From an uncultured Bacilli bacterium (GTDB taxonomy: Bacteria > Bacillota_I > Bacilli_A > RF39 > UBA660), in assembly GCA_934130405.1 (NCBI GenBank), contig CAKOXX010000001.1, positions 11,566 to 75,565 on the forward strand: a DNA stretch of 64,000 nt, in the 5' to 3' direction. Below, piece after piece: positions 20,343 through 30,008 of the stretch. The position numbers and the translations under genes are program-made. Position 1 is the stretch's first letter. Every line of letters starts with the position of its first letter. The notes beneath the pieces were generated by a model, which made no database searches, was not told the DNA's origin, and saw only the letters and a program-made list of their open reading frames with translations.

Positions 20343-20388
20343 CTTTTTCCTATTAGACGTGTTAATATTGAGAAAAGGAGGAAAAAAG

Positions 20389-21009
20389 ATGGAGAAATTA
20401 ACAGATAGACAGTATGATATTTTACAAATAATTAAGAAATTAACAGCGAAAAAAGGTTATCCACCTACAGTTAGAGAAATCGGTGAGGCAGCTAACCTTC
20501 ATTCCCCTGCTACTATTCATTTTCATTTAATGCAATTAGTTAAGAAAGGTTATATTTCTAAAGAAGATGGTTCTAATAGAACAATAGAAATACTAGTACC
20601 AAACGAGTTTTTAAAAGAAAAAGAAGATGTAATTAAAGTACCTCTTCTTGGTAAGGTTACAGCTGGTACACCGATTGAAGCAATTGAACGTCCCAACGAA
20701 ACATTTGCACTTCCTGTTGAGATAGTTGGTAATAAAAAGGAAGTATTTACTTTACGAGTAAGTGGTGAATCAATGATTAATGTTGGTATCTATGATGGTG
20801 ATATCATAATCGTTGAAAGACAAGAAACTGCAAAAAATGGTGATACTGTAGTAGCAATGAATGAAAATAACGAAGCGACTGTTAAAACTTTTTATAAAGA
20901 AGATAAGCATTTCAGACTACAACCTGAAAATGATACAATGGAACCAATCATTCTTGATAAAGTTACAATTCTTGGCAAAGTTATTGGTTTATATCGAAAA
21001 TTCAACTAA
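20389..21009 (+). CDS. lexA: LexA repressor
   Basis: MEKLTDRQYDILQII... winged HTH, an AG cleavage site (VTAGTPI), and an S24 peptidase domain (VSGESM...K). The ATG at 20389 has SD AAAGGAGG; the ORF-track N-terminal extension is rejected. Confidence 0.9.
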   Translation: MEKLTDRQYDILQIIKKLTAKKGYPPTVREIGEAANLHSPATIHFHLMQLVKKGYISKEDGSNRTIEILVPNEFLKEKEDVIKVPLLGKVTAGTPIEAIERPNETFALPVEIVGNKKEVFTLRVSGESMINVGIYDGDIIIVERQETAKNGDTVVAMNENNEATVKTFYKEDKHFRLQPENDTMEPIILDKVTILGKVIGLYRKFN

Positions 21010-21028
21010 AAAGAACAAGCTAGATATC

Positions 21029-21724
21029 TTATCTATTCTTGTTCTTTTCTATTGTATCTTTAACTACTTCACTAGCTATTACCATTCCTGCTGTTGCGGG
21101 AACAAAAGCACAAGAAGCAATTATATTACTATCTAATTTAACTGGTAATTCGCTTGAAAAACACACTTTTGTTTTTAATGATAATCTATTTTGTTTTATA
21201 AAATAACGTAATTTTCTTGCTAAAGGATCATTATAAGTCTTTTCAATAGTAGTTATTTCTATTTTTGTTGGATCTAATCTTTTTCCCATACCCATACAAG
21301 ATATGATTGGTATTCTTTTCTTGTTACAGTAAATTAATAATAGCTCTTTAGCTTTTATGTCATCACACGCATCTATTACATAGGTGTAATCGTTTAAAAA
21401 TAATTTTTCTATATTATCCATAGAAACTTTAATCTTAAGAGCTGTAATGTTTGCTTCTGGATTAATATCTATAGCTCGTTTTTTTATTAATTCAACCTTA
21501 TCTTGATTAATTGTGCTAGATAAAGCGATGATTTGTCTATTACAATTAGTAATATCTACTTTATCGTAATCAACTATAGTTAAATCCAAAAAGCCGCTTC
21601 TTACTAATCCTTCGATAACATAACCACCAACGCCACCACAACCAACTACTAGTATCTTTTCTTTTCGAAAACTAGCAACCATTTCCGTTCCTAATAAACA
21701 ATTTATTCTTTCTAGTCTTTCCAT
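21029..21724 (-). CDS. tcdA: tRNA threonylcarbamoyladenosine dehydratase (ThiF/E1-like)
   Basis: VVGCGGVGG Rossmann motif; 231 aa; ThiF-family layout. Confidence 0.75.
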   Translation of the reverse strand: MERLERINCLLGTEMVASFRKEKILVVGCGGVGGYVIEGLVRSGFLDLTIVDYDKVDITNCNRQIIALSSTINQDKVELIKKRAIDINPEANITALKIKVSMDNIEKLFLNDYTYVIDACDDIKAKELLLIYCNKKRIPIISCMGMGKRLDPTKIEITTIEKTYNDPLARKLRYFIKQNRLSLKTKVCFSSELPVKLDSNIIASCAFVPATAGMVIASEVVKDTIEKNKNR

Positions 21725-21725
21725 A

Positions 21726-22514
21726 CTAAGCGACTTTCTCTTTAACGTATTGTTTTTGTGGTAATTTAAATTCCATATATTGTCTATTATTAAGTAATTG
21801 ATAATAATAACTATAGATTAAATAATTTTCTTCTCCTGTTTTTAAGTAATTAAACATATTCTTCTTCATCTTAGTTTCAGTATTAGCAAACGATTCTAAT
21901 ATTTGATCATAACTATCTCTTTGTTTAACACTACCATCAACTGGAGTAAATTCTAATGTATCTAAAAATTCTAACCATTCAACTTGGGCAGTAAGCCCTG
22001 TTGCTGATAACTGATAGAAATAGTCTACCTTTGTAAGTGATTTTTGTCTCAATTTTAGCATTTCTATCTGGTCATGTTCATTTAACTTAGAAACAATTCC
22101 AATGTCGTTAAGAGAAATAGTTCTATCATTTCGTTTAGCATCATTATTAAATCTTAGGTCATTTACTAGTATTCCATATAATGTATCAACATATATATTT
22201 GGTCTTTCTGGAGGTAGAGGTATTGAATATTGATCACAAAAGTCACCATCTCCATATTTTTTACTAGTAACTTTAATAACGGATGCATAATTGTTGTACT
22301 GATGAACTGCATTTCTAATATCATTAGTTAATTTAATAGGTTGATCTTTATAATATCTAGCATCTACACTATCATTTAAAGAAACTTTTCCAATTAGTAC
22401 ATCACTTTCACTACCCTTTTCTGATTGTAATTGCATTTCTTCTTTATAAAGATTACGAAATGACACTTCTAGTTCTGACATATATTCATTTGTTGCTATT
22501 GGTAAAATTGTCAT
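21726..22514 (-). CDS. Hypothetical protein
   Basis: Start placed at MTILPIATNE (22514), preceded by AAGGAGGTGG. No recognisable motif. Confidence 0.55.
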   Translation of the reverse strand: MTILPIATNEYMSELEVSFRNLYKEEMQLQSEKGSESDVLIGKVSLNDSVDARYYKDQPIKLTNDIRNAVHQYNNYASVIKVTSKKYGDGDFCDQYSIPLPPERPNIYVDTLYGILVNDLRFNNDAKRNDRTISLNDIGIVSKLNEHDQIEMLKLRQKSLTKVDYFYQLSATGLTAQVEWLEFLDTLEFTPVDGSVKQRDSYDQILESFANTETKMKKNMFNYLKTGEENYLIYSYYYQLLNNRQYMEFKLPQKQYVKEKVA

Positions 22515-22581
22515 AACTACCACCTCCTTGGTTAAGATTAATATTATATCATATTGATGTTTTAAAAGCAAACATTTTTAG

Positions 22582-22610
22582 AAAAAAAGAGAACTTTTTT
22601 TAGTTCTCCT
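22582..22610 (-). terminator. Rho-independent terminator after the tRNA
   Basis: Minus strand GGAGAAC-taaaaaaa-GTTCTC followed by T7. Confidence 0.7.
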
Positions 22611-22620
22611 ATAAACTATC

Positions 22621-22697
22621 TGGTAGCCTGTACGGGGTTCGAACCCGTGAATACGAGCTTGAGAGGCGCGCGTGTTAAACCACTTCACCAACAGGCC
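22621..22697 (-). tRNA. tRNA-Glu (anticodon CUC), CCA encoded
   Basis: Minus strand GGCCTGTTGGTGAAGTGGTTTAACACGCGCGCCTCTCAAGCTCGTATTCACGGGTTCGAACCCCGTACAGGCTACCA. The acceptor, D and T arms (ACGGG-TTCGAAC-CCCGT) closely resemble Bacillus tRNA-Glu. Anticodon loop is C-T-CTC-A-A. Confidence 0.8.
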
Positions 22698-22729
22698 ATA
22701 ATAAAATCTTCAAAGAAGATATTATTATT

Positions 22730-23974
22730 CTAACATACTTGAAAAGGTTTGACAATCGATTTAGTGATTTTTTTACTATTTTGTTTTTCTGTTAATTTTT
22801 GAACTATTAATCCTTTACTCATTGGTAAATTTTCTTCTTCTAGTTCATTAATAACTTTTACAAAATTAGCTGGTTCATAATTGACTGTTTGATTTTCAAA
22901 AGTAAGTATAGAGTTTTTACTATACATAGCTATTTCTTTTGCATCATAACAAGTAAACGCATTAGGGTGCATTACAACATACTTTCTAAATTTTTCAGCA
23001 ATATTATCCAGTTTTATGGCTCTTAAAAATTGAAAGACTTCATCTTTATTTAGCTTTTGTTTATAAAAATAATGGTAATCAATCGTATCGATATCAGTAT
23101 TTTCATCAAAAGCATCAACTAACTGAGCAGCTAATGGTTTAACTTTATCTACTTCATCAAGTTTTACTAGTGAAAGTTGTTCTACTTGTTTAGCTAAATC
23201 AAGTTTAAAGAAATCAGAATTCTTTGCTTTTTGTAACCTGCAATATCTTCTAACCATACTTGTAGGTAAGTCATTTTGTTCACAAAATGCTACAAAGTTT
23301 TTATGATTTTTTGGTAAATAGTAATCTTCATCAAGTGATGCTACTTCGGTTATAATTTGTCTAGTATAGCCATTACCTTTAAACTCTTTTGGTTCCTTCA
23401 TAAAATCATCTTTATTTAATGAATCATAAAATTCATAAGCATTGCTTCTTAAAAATTTATATGAATCAATTATTTCATCCATTTGAATTCCATACATTTT
23501 TTTCAAATCTGTTGGTGACGGACAATCTGCTTCTAAATATATATTAATTTTTGCTTTAGCTTCTTCAATTCTATGTGCTAATTGTCTTTCTTTTAAATCA
23601 TTTTGTGGATAAACCTTTAAAGTATACGCAAGGAAAGCTTCATCTATTTCATCTTTATTTTGTTTCTTTAGTAAAATTTCTCTTATTTCCCACCAAGCAA
23701 GTTTGGTATCAATTGCTGTCAAATCAACTACATTTCCTTGGACTTGTTTAACAAAGTTTAATAATAAACTATTACGAACTTCTTGTTCCCTTTTTTGGAT
23801 TTGTTCATAATAAAATTCATCTTTTTTGTTTTTCATTAGGTCTAAATAGTCATCTTGTTTTAAAGTGTTACCGCATTTTTCTAATTGCCAACCAGTTGCG
23901 ATAATTTCTTCAAGAGTATTAGCTTTCGCTAATTTTGCTAGTAAAGTATCTCTCTTTTCAATCATATTCATCAT
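22730..23974 (-). CDS. Hypothetical protein
   Basis: About 414 aa with no recognisable motif. The ATG at 23974 is preferred because GGGAG lies 7 nt upstream. Confidence 0.55.
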   Translation of the reverse strand: MMNMIEKRDTLLAKLAKANTLEEIIATGWQLEKCGNTLKQDDYLDLMKNKKDEFYYEQIQKREQEVRNSLLLNFVKQVQGNVVDLTAIDTKLAWWEIREILLKKQNKDEIDEAFLAYTLKVYPQNDLKERQLAHRIEEAKAKINIYLEADCPSPTDLKKMYGIQMDEIIDSYKFLRSNAYEFYDSLNKDDFMKEPKEFKGNGYTRQIITEVASLDEDYYLPKNHKNFVAFCEQNDLPTSMVRRYCRLQKAKNSDFFKLDLAKQVEQLSLVKLDEVDKVKPLAAQLVDAFDENTDIDTIDYHYFYKQKLNKDEVFQFLRAIKLDNIAEKFRKYVVMHPNAFTCYDAKEIAMYSKNSILTFENQTVNYEPANFVKVINELEEENLPMSKGLIVQKLTEKQNSKKITKSIVKPFQVC

Positions 23975-24052
23975 AATCACACTCCCAAATCGTTCTTTAT
24001 TATACCAAAATATCAGTTATAATGCAACGAAAAAAAGCAGATGATTCTGCCC

Positions 24053-25000
24053 TTAGTCACTATTAATTATTAATAATTCCATTGCTAGTTCTTTATCAAC
24101 TTGACCACTTTTTAATTTCAAATCAAGGTCAGCTAACTTTAGTAAAAAGTTTTTTATTTCTTTAATAGTAGTAGTTCTTCCTAGTTCTAATATTTTCTTA
24201 GCACGATAAGGATGAATTGCTAATTCTTTAGCTATTTCCCCTTCTCTATAACCACGATTATTTAAAAGTTTAACTTGATATAACACTCTATACTGACTCT
24301 CTAAAAGACCCATCAATGCAAATATTTCAATATTAAATTTCTTTAGTTTCTCATATAGTTTTAAAGCTTCTCTTTTATCTTTAAGACCAATCGCTCTTAT
24401 TAAATCAAAAGTTAATTGATCTTGTTTTTCTAAAGGAGCTGGTAACATATTTTCTACATCACTATTTGTTATTTCTTTACTATCAACTTTATAAAGTTTA
24501 AGTTTATCACTTTCTTGATAAATCTTGTCATAATCATCTTCAACTCTAGAAAGAATATTAGAAATTACACCTTTTTCTAATTTATAATCTGCTAGTAAAC
24601 TCTTAAGATATTCTTCCTTATCTGGACTAATATTTAGAAAAGTCATTTTCTTCTTTAATTCTTTACCGATTTTTTTTCGCTCATCCATCTTATCAACTGT
24701 TAAAAAGAATAAAGTCGTCTCAATATTTTGGTCCAAATATTTTAATAAATGATTAAGACTTGCCTCTTCTTCACTAGCTCCCGCTGTCAAAAAATTAGCA
24801 TGATTAGCAATTACTACTTTCAAAGGAGTCAAGAAAGAAACAGTATCTAACTCTTCTAAAACATCAACTAAAGTTACTTCTTCTAAATCATAAGTTATAA
24901 TACTTGCTTCTTCAAATTTTTTCTCTTCAATAATTTTTTCTATTTCTTTATCTAGTAATATACTAGAGGAAGAAAGAAGCAAATAATTATTCTGCTTCAT
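24053..25000 (-). CDS. holA: DNA polymerase III delta subunit
   Basis: 315 aa with a typical HolA N-terminus (YLLLSSSSILLDKEI...). It overlaps the alaS 3' end. Confidence 0.75.
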   Translation of the reverse strand: MKQNNYLLLSSSSILLDKEIEKIIEEKKFEEASIITYDLEEVTLVDVLEELDTVSFLTPLKVVIANHANFLTAGASEEEASLNHLLKYLDQNIETTLFFLTVDKMDERKKIGKELKKKMTFLNISPDKEEYLKSLLADYKLEKGVISNILSRVEDDYDKIYQESDKLKLYKVDSKEITNSDVENMLPAPLEKQDQLTFDLIRAIGLKDKREALKLYEKLKKFNIEIFALMGLLESQYRVLYQVKLLNNRGYREGEIAKELAIHPYRAKKILELGRTTTIKEIKNFLLKLADLDLKLKSGQVDKELAMELLIINSD

Positions 25001-27674
25001 TTATTTGCTCCACTAAATATTTATATATTTCTTCAAGATTAGCACTAGTCTTTCCACCACCTTGAGCGAAACTAGTACTTCCACCACCATTTCCGTTTGA
25101 AATAGCAGCGATTTGTTTGATTAAATATCCAGCACTTAGACTAGCCACCTTATTACGGCATAAGAAATTAACACTATTATCTTCTTTAATATTAACAATA
25201 AACACTAATGAATTATCAAGTTTGTTAGCTACAGCATCCATTATAGCTTTTAAAATTTCCATCTCTTCATGTTCGAAAGTTAAATATAAGAATTTCTTAC
25301 CATTTATATCTTTTAGATTAGTTAGATATTCATCTACTTTGCCTAGACTTTGTTTTTCTTTTTCTTCTTGAAATTTTCTCTCTAATGTTTTAACTTCGCC
25401 TTGAACATAAGAAAGTTCATTACGATTAAACACTATATCACGGTAGCTCTTTGGAGCACTATTATCAATAGTAACATCAAAAGTAAGATTGATTCCTAAC
25501 CTTCTTGCTTGTTCAAGTATTTCCTTAGATTTCATTAATAATTTAACCATCTCATCATTATAAGGTTTGATAATATCAAATAAGGTTGTTTCTATCTTTT
25601 TATTAGTACAAGCTTCTATACGATAAGTATTACTTCCTTTAGATTCAAATGAAGAAATAGCAAATCTGTTAACATCTTTAGTATTAGCAATATGTGTACC
25701 ACCACATAATTCAATGGACTTATCAATTTTAACAACTCTTACAGTTTCTCCGTATTTTTCTCCAAATAAAGCCATTGCTCCCAATTCTTTAGCTTTATCA
25801 AGTGGCATTACTTCTGTAGAAGTGATTATTCCACGATTAATCATATCATTAACCATATCTTCTACTTTATATAAATCCTCATCAAAAATCTTACCAGTAT
25901 AAGTAAAATCAAAACGAAGTTTACTATCATCAACATAACTACCAGCTTGCATAATCTTAGGACTTATAACTGTTTGTAGAGCATATTGTAACATATGAAC
26001 ACTACTATGATTAGCTTCAATATTATGACGACGTTCTTTATCAATAATTACTTCACATTCATCACCAGTAGTGATTTTACCTGATAATAGTTTAACTTTA
26101 TGAATATGTTGACCATTAGGACCTTTGAAAACATCAACAACTCTAGCCGTAAAATTCTTACCCGTAATCATACCAGTATCAGCTACTTGTCCACCACTTT
26201 CCGCATAAAAACAAGTTCTCTTTAAAACAATATAACCATCATGATCAAGTGTCTTTTCAAGTGCATCTTTACTAATAATTGCTAAAACACTACTTTTCAA
26301 ACGATATAAGCCATAAACAAAAGTTGAAGGCTTCTTAAAATCCATTAAAACTTGTTTTTGTTTAGCCATTGATGTTTTATTACGATTACTCTTCTTAGCA
26401 GCTTCTTTTTGTTTATTCATATAATCAACAAAACCTTCAGAATCAACTCTATAACCCTTCTCAGTAGCAATTTCTTCAGTTAATTCAAGTGGAAAACCAT
26501 AAGTATCATATAGTTTAAAAGCATCATAACCAGAAATAACGCCATCAGTAACAGTTTCTAAGATATCATCAAGTTTTGACATACCTTGTTCAAGTGTTTT
26601 TAAGAATAATTTTTCTTCTTCTAATATTAGTGCTTCTACTTCACCGCGTTTTTCGTATAGTTCTTTATAGAAGTCTCCCATTGTCTCACAAACAGTACCT
26701 ACTAATTTATAAAGGAATGGCTCATTGAAACCTAATTGTTTACCAAATCGAGAACTTCTTCTTAAAAGACGTCTTAAAACATAATCACGTCCTGTATTTC
26801 CAAAACTAGCACCATCTGATAAAGCAAAGGTAATGGCCTTAATATGATCAGCAATTACTTTAAAAGCCGTTTGACCATTATAAAGAATTCCTGACATTTC
26901 TTCTATCTTCGCTAAGATTGGTGTAAATAAATCCGTCTCAAAACTAGAATCTACATCTTGGAATATTGTACACCATCTCTCAAGTCCTGCCCCAGTATCA
27001 ATATTTTTATGAGGAAGTTCCTTATATTTTTCACGAGGTTTCCCTTCTTCTGATTGAAACTGACTAAAAACGTTATTCCAAATTTCAATATATCTTTCTT
27101 GCTCATCATCATTTTTAAACTTCTCAAATGCATCGTGGTTAGGATCATATTTTTCACCGCGATCAAAAAATATCTCACTATCAGGTCCACAAGGTCCACT
27201 ACCAATCTCCCAGAAATTCTCATCTAGTTTAATCATATGAGAAGGGTCCATTCCAAGTTCTACCCATTTATTTAAAGCATCTGTATCATTAGTATAAACA
27301 GTTACATAAAGTCTATCTTTTGGAATAGCAAACCATTCTTCACCAGTTAACAATTCATAAGCAAAAGTAATCGCTTCATTCTTAAAATAATCACCAATTG
27401 AAAAGTTCCCCATCATTTCAAAGAAAGTATGGTGACGTCTTGTTACACCAACATTCTCAATATCATTTGTACGAATGCACTTTTGAATATTAACAATTCT
27501 TCTATTTTCAGGAATAACGGTTCCATCAAAATATTTTTTTAGTGGAGTTACTCCTGCATTTATCCATAATAATGAATCATCATCACGGGGAATCAAGGGA
27601 GCACTTTCTACATATTTATGTCCATGTTCTTCAAAGTATTTTATCCATAATGATCTAATTTCATTACTAGTCAT
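24987..27674 (-). CDS. alaS: Alanine--tRNA ligase
   Basis: MTSNEIRSLWIKYFEEHGH..., a class II core, an HxxxH editing domain (HSSVHMLQ), and a C-terminal DHHA1-like GGGS motif. Confidence 0.95.
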   Translation of the reverse strand: MTSNEIRSLWIKYFEEHGHKYVESAPLIPRDDDSLLWINAGVTPLKKYFDGTVIPENRRIVNIQKCIRTNDIENVGVTRRHHTFFEMMGNFSIGDYFKNEAITFAYELLTGEEWFAIPKDRLYVTVYTNDTDALNKWVELGMDPSHMIKLDENFWEIGSGPCGPDSEIFFDRGEKYDPNHDAFEKFKNDDEQERYIEIWNNVFSQFQSEEGKPREKYKELPHKNIDTGAGLERWCTIFQDVDSSFETDLFTPILAKIEEMSGILYNGQTAFKVIADHIKAITFALSDGASFGNTGRDYVLRRLLRRSSRFGKQLGFNEPFLYKLVGTVCETMGDFYKELYEKRGEVEALILEEEKLFLKTLEQGMSKLDDILETVTDGVISGYDAFKLYDTYGFPLELTEEIATEKGYRVDSEGFVDYMNKQKEAAKKSNRNKTSMAKQKQVLMDFKKPSTFVYGLYRLKSSVLAIISKDALEKTLDHDGYIVLKRTCFYAESGGQVADTGMITGKNFTARVVDVFKGPNGQHIHKVKLLSGKITTGDECEVIIDKERRHNIEANHSSVHMLQYALQTVISPKIMQAGSYVDDSKLRFDFTYTGKIFDEDLYKVEDMVNDMINRGIITSTEVMPLDKAKELGAMALFGEKYGETVRVVKIDKSIELCGGTHIANTKDVNRFAISSFESKGSNTYRIEACTNKKIETTLFDIIKPYNDEMVKLLMKSKEILEQARRLGINLTFDVTIDNSAPKSYRDIVFNRNELSYVQGEVKTLERKFQEEKEKQSLGKVDEYLTNLKDINGKKFLYLTFEHEEMEILKAIMDAVANKLDNSLVFIVNIKEDNSVNFLCRNKVASLSAGYLIKQIAAISNGNGGGSTSFAQGGGKTSANLEEIYKYLVEQINEAE

Positions 27675-28236
27675 CTTCCTCATTTTCATCTACTCCTTCT
27701 ATTAAACTCTTAATTCTTGTTAAGTCTTTTAAATATTGTTCCATACCACTATTATTTAAAATGTAATAATCAGCATAAGCGATAGGTCCCCCTTTAGCAG
27801 AATTTTCTATCTCCGCTACATCACGAGCAATAATTTCTTTTTCATTAAATGCTCGTTCCTTTCGCTTCGATATTCTATCATACCTTAATTTTTTATCACA
27901 GACAATAGCAATTACTACTAAATCTTTAAATTCTTCCTTTAATATTTTATATTCATCCCAAGAATACAAGCCATCTAAAATGACATTTCCTTCTTGATAA
28001 AGTTTTTTAATCTTTGGAAGTAATAGTTTAGCAACTACTCCCATACCATGTTCTTTTCTAATTTTTTCTCTATATTCTTTTTGACTTTCCGGCGTTATTT
28101 CGATATTTTCTTCTTTCATTTTTTCGTAAATAACTCCCCCAAAATAGACTAAGTTATAACCATTCTCTTCAAAATAAGAAGAGGCGATACTCTTCCCACT
28201 TCCAGCCATTCCAACAATTGCTACTATTTTATTCAT
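27667..28236 (-). CDS. P-loop nucleotide kinase-like protein (dephospho-CoA kinase/dNMP kinase-like)
   Basis: Walker A VGMAGSGKS; 189 aa. Confidence 0.55.
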   Translation of the reverse strand: MNKIVAIVGMAGSGKSIASSYFEENGYNLVYFGGVIYEKMKEENIEITPESQKEYREKIRKEHGMGVVAKLLLPKIKKLYQEGNVILDGLYSWDEYKILKEEFKDLVVIAIVCDKKLRYDRISKRKERAFNEKEIIARDVAEIENSAKGGPIAYADYYILNNSGMEQYLKDLTRIKSLIEGVDENEEDD

Positions 28237-28766
28237 TTTCTTCCTCCTACTATCTCTTCTGCTTTTAATAAAAGATTATCTATACCTTTATTCTCGACAA
28301 TGTAATCAAAGTCTTTATAACTATCTAAATCTGTTTCTGTCTTATGTTTCTTTTCCTTTTCAGTCAACAAATTATCTTTTTCATTAGTTAATAGAATAGT
28401 TTTAATTGAAGGATATTTAGCTTTTAACACTTCTATTTCGTGAACTAAACGTCCATCAGTAATAATTCCTACATCATAAAAATTATCAAGTATTTCAATA
28501 GTAGTAATCAAATAATCTAAAAGGAAATCTTTCTTTTTAAGCTTTGTCTGAAGTAAGTCAAAACCTATTGTTTGTAACAATTCTCTTGGTTTCTCATCTT
28601 TCGTACTATCATAATCAAAGTAGTCTTCTAACCATCTATATAAAGGAGCAGTTAATTTCAAAATACAAACTTTTTTATTATTTTTTTCTTCTTCTTTTTT
28701 TAGAGTTCTACCAAATGTATCTTTACCACTTCTTGCTTTTCCACATATTAAATAAAGTTTCATCAT
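28233..28766 (-). CDS. Second P-loop kinase-like protein
   Basis: Walker A CGKARSGKDT; 177 aa. Its 3' end overlaps the start of the next P-loop gene by 4 nt (28233-28236). Confidence 0.5.
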   Translation of the reverse strand: MMKLYLICGKARSGKDTFGRTLKKEEEKNNKKVCILKLTAPLYRWLEDYFDYDSTKDEKPRELLQTIGFDLLQTKLKKKDFLLDYLITTIEILDNFYDVGIITDGRLVHEIEVLKAKYPSIKTILLTNEKDNLLTEKEKKHKTETDLDSYKDFDYIVENKGIDNLLLKAEEIVGGRK

Positions 28767-28777
28767 GTCACCTCAAC

Positions 28778-29926
28778 TTAGTCTATCACTTCTTTTTTAT
28801 TTAGAGAATGGAACTTCTCACCAAGGCCAGTTTTCTCATCGATAAACTCAAAAATTATCTTTAAACTAGCAATAACTGGCGTCGCCACTATCATTCCTAT
28901 CATACCAAAGAAGTAGTTAAAAATCAATAGTCCAAGCATGATAGTAACGGGGTGTAATTTCATTGTTTTACCCATAATTAAAGGCTGATAGAAGTTATTT
29001 TCTAAAGTCTGACAGACCATTATAGAGATGATTGTTAAAATACCAACCCGTGGATTCATTGAAAAACCAACTAAGACAGCGGGTAAGGCGCCAATCCAGG
29101 GACCAATATAAGGAATAACATCCGTCACTGCACAAAATAAAGCAAATAGTAATGGTGCTTTTATACCAGATAAGGTAAGCCCTATCGCCTGGGTTAAAAA
29201 GACAAAGAACATAACAATCAAAACACCTTGAACATAATTTCTTAACTTACCATTAATTCGGCGCATTAAGTCTTTAGCATTGTCGTGATAAATATCCGGT
29301 ATAAATGATAAAGTATGTTTCTCAACTTTTTTAAAATCAAACAAGATATAAAAGCCAATCATGAATCCTAGAAGAATAGTTGCTCCGCCACTTATCACTT
29401 TACTAATAGTTTTAATTAATAAAGTTGGTAAAGTCTCCGTTGCATTTTTACCAATTGTTTCAATTTTTGTAATAATATCCGCTTCATAACCAGCTATTAA
29501 AGAGTTATGACTAGCAGCAAAGAAATTATCTACAGTCTTCTTAACTTTGTCAATCAAACTAGGTAAAGCATTAACAAGGTCAGTTACTCCCGTAGCAAAA
29601 GATGGTATTACAAAATAACAAAGTAAAACGCACATAATGATTAGGATAAGATAGGTCAAAATGCACGCAACTACTCTATTCATTTTTTTCTCCATTTTAG
29701 TAACTAACGGATCTAAAAGCCAAGCAACAACAAGGCCAATAAAAACAGGAGAAATTACTTTTATTATATTAAAGATGAAATCTAAGACTTTCCATTCTTT
29801 AATAACATAGGTAACTAAGAGAACTACTAAAACAAAAACTAAAATATAAATTAGTTGTAAGACTTTATTAGAAGTCTTTATAAATTTATTAAGTTCTTTT
29901 TTATCAACTTTTTCACGGAACATCAT
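28778..29926 (-). CDS. AI-2E family (PerM/UPF0118) transporter
   Basis: Multi-TM protein containing VTDVIPYIGPWIGALP, typical of AI-2E transporters. Start placed at MMFREK with SD GAAGGTGA. Confidence 0.8.
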   Translation of the reverse strand: MMFREKVDKKELNKFIKTSNKVLQLIYILVFVLVVLLVTYVIKEWKVLDFIFNIIKVISPVFIGLVVAWLLDPLVTKMEKKMNRVVACILTYLILIIMCVLLCYFVIPSFATGVTDLVNALPSLIDKVKKTVDNFFAASHNSLIAGYEADIITKIETIGKNATETLPTLLIKTISKVISGGATILLGFMIGFYILFDFKKVEKHTLSFIPDIYHDNAKDLMRRINGKLRNYVQGVLIVMFFVFLTQAIGLTLSGIKAPLLFALFCAVTDVIPYIGPWIGALPAVLVGFSMNPRVGILTIISIMVCQTLENNFYQPLIMGKTMKLHPVTIMLGLLIFNYFFGMIGMIVATPVIASLKIIFEFIDEKTGLGEKFHSLNKKEVID

Positions 29927-30008
29927 ATCACCTTCATTTCTATTTCCTAGTATACCACTTATCTTTACATTTAAAAAGAAATTTAATAAAATATAGATGG
30001 TGAAGTAA

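Noticed and set aside
20197-20388. The 64-codon N-terminal extension of the lexA ORF.
   Set aside because: It has no SD and gives a hydrophobic nonsense sequence across the promoter/operator region. The canonical LexA N-terminus starts at ATG 20389 with AAAGGAGG upstream.
25117-27223. Small ORFs (84, 62 and 90 aa) inside or antisense to alaS.
   Set aside because: They are embedded in a well-supported 895-aa aminoacyl-tRNA synthetase gene and have no independent signals.
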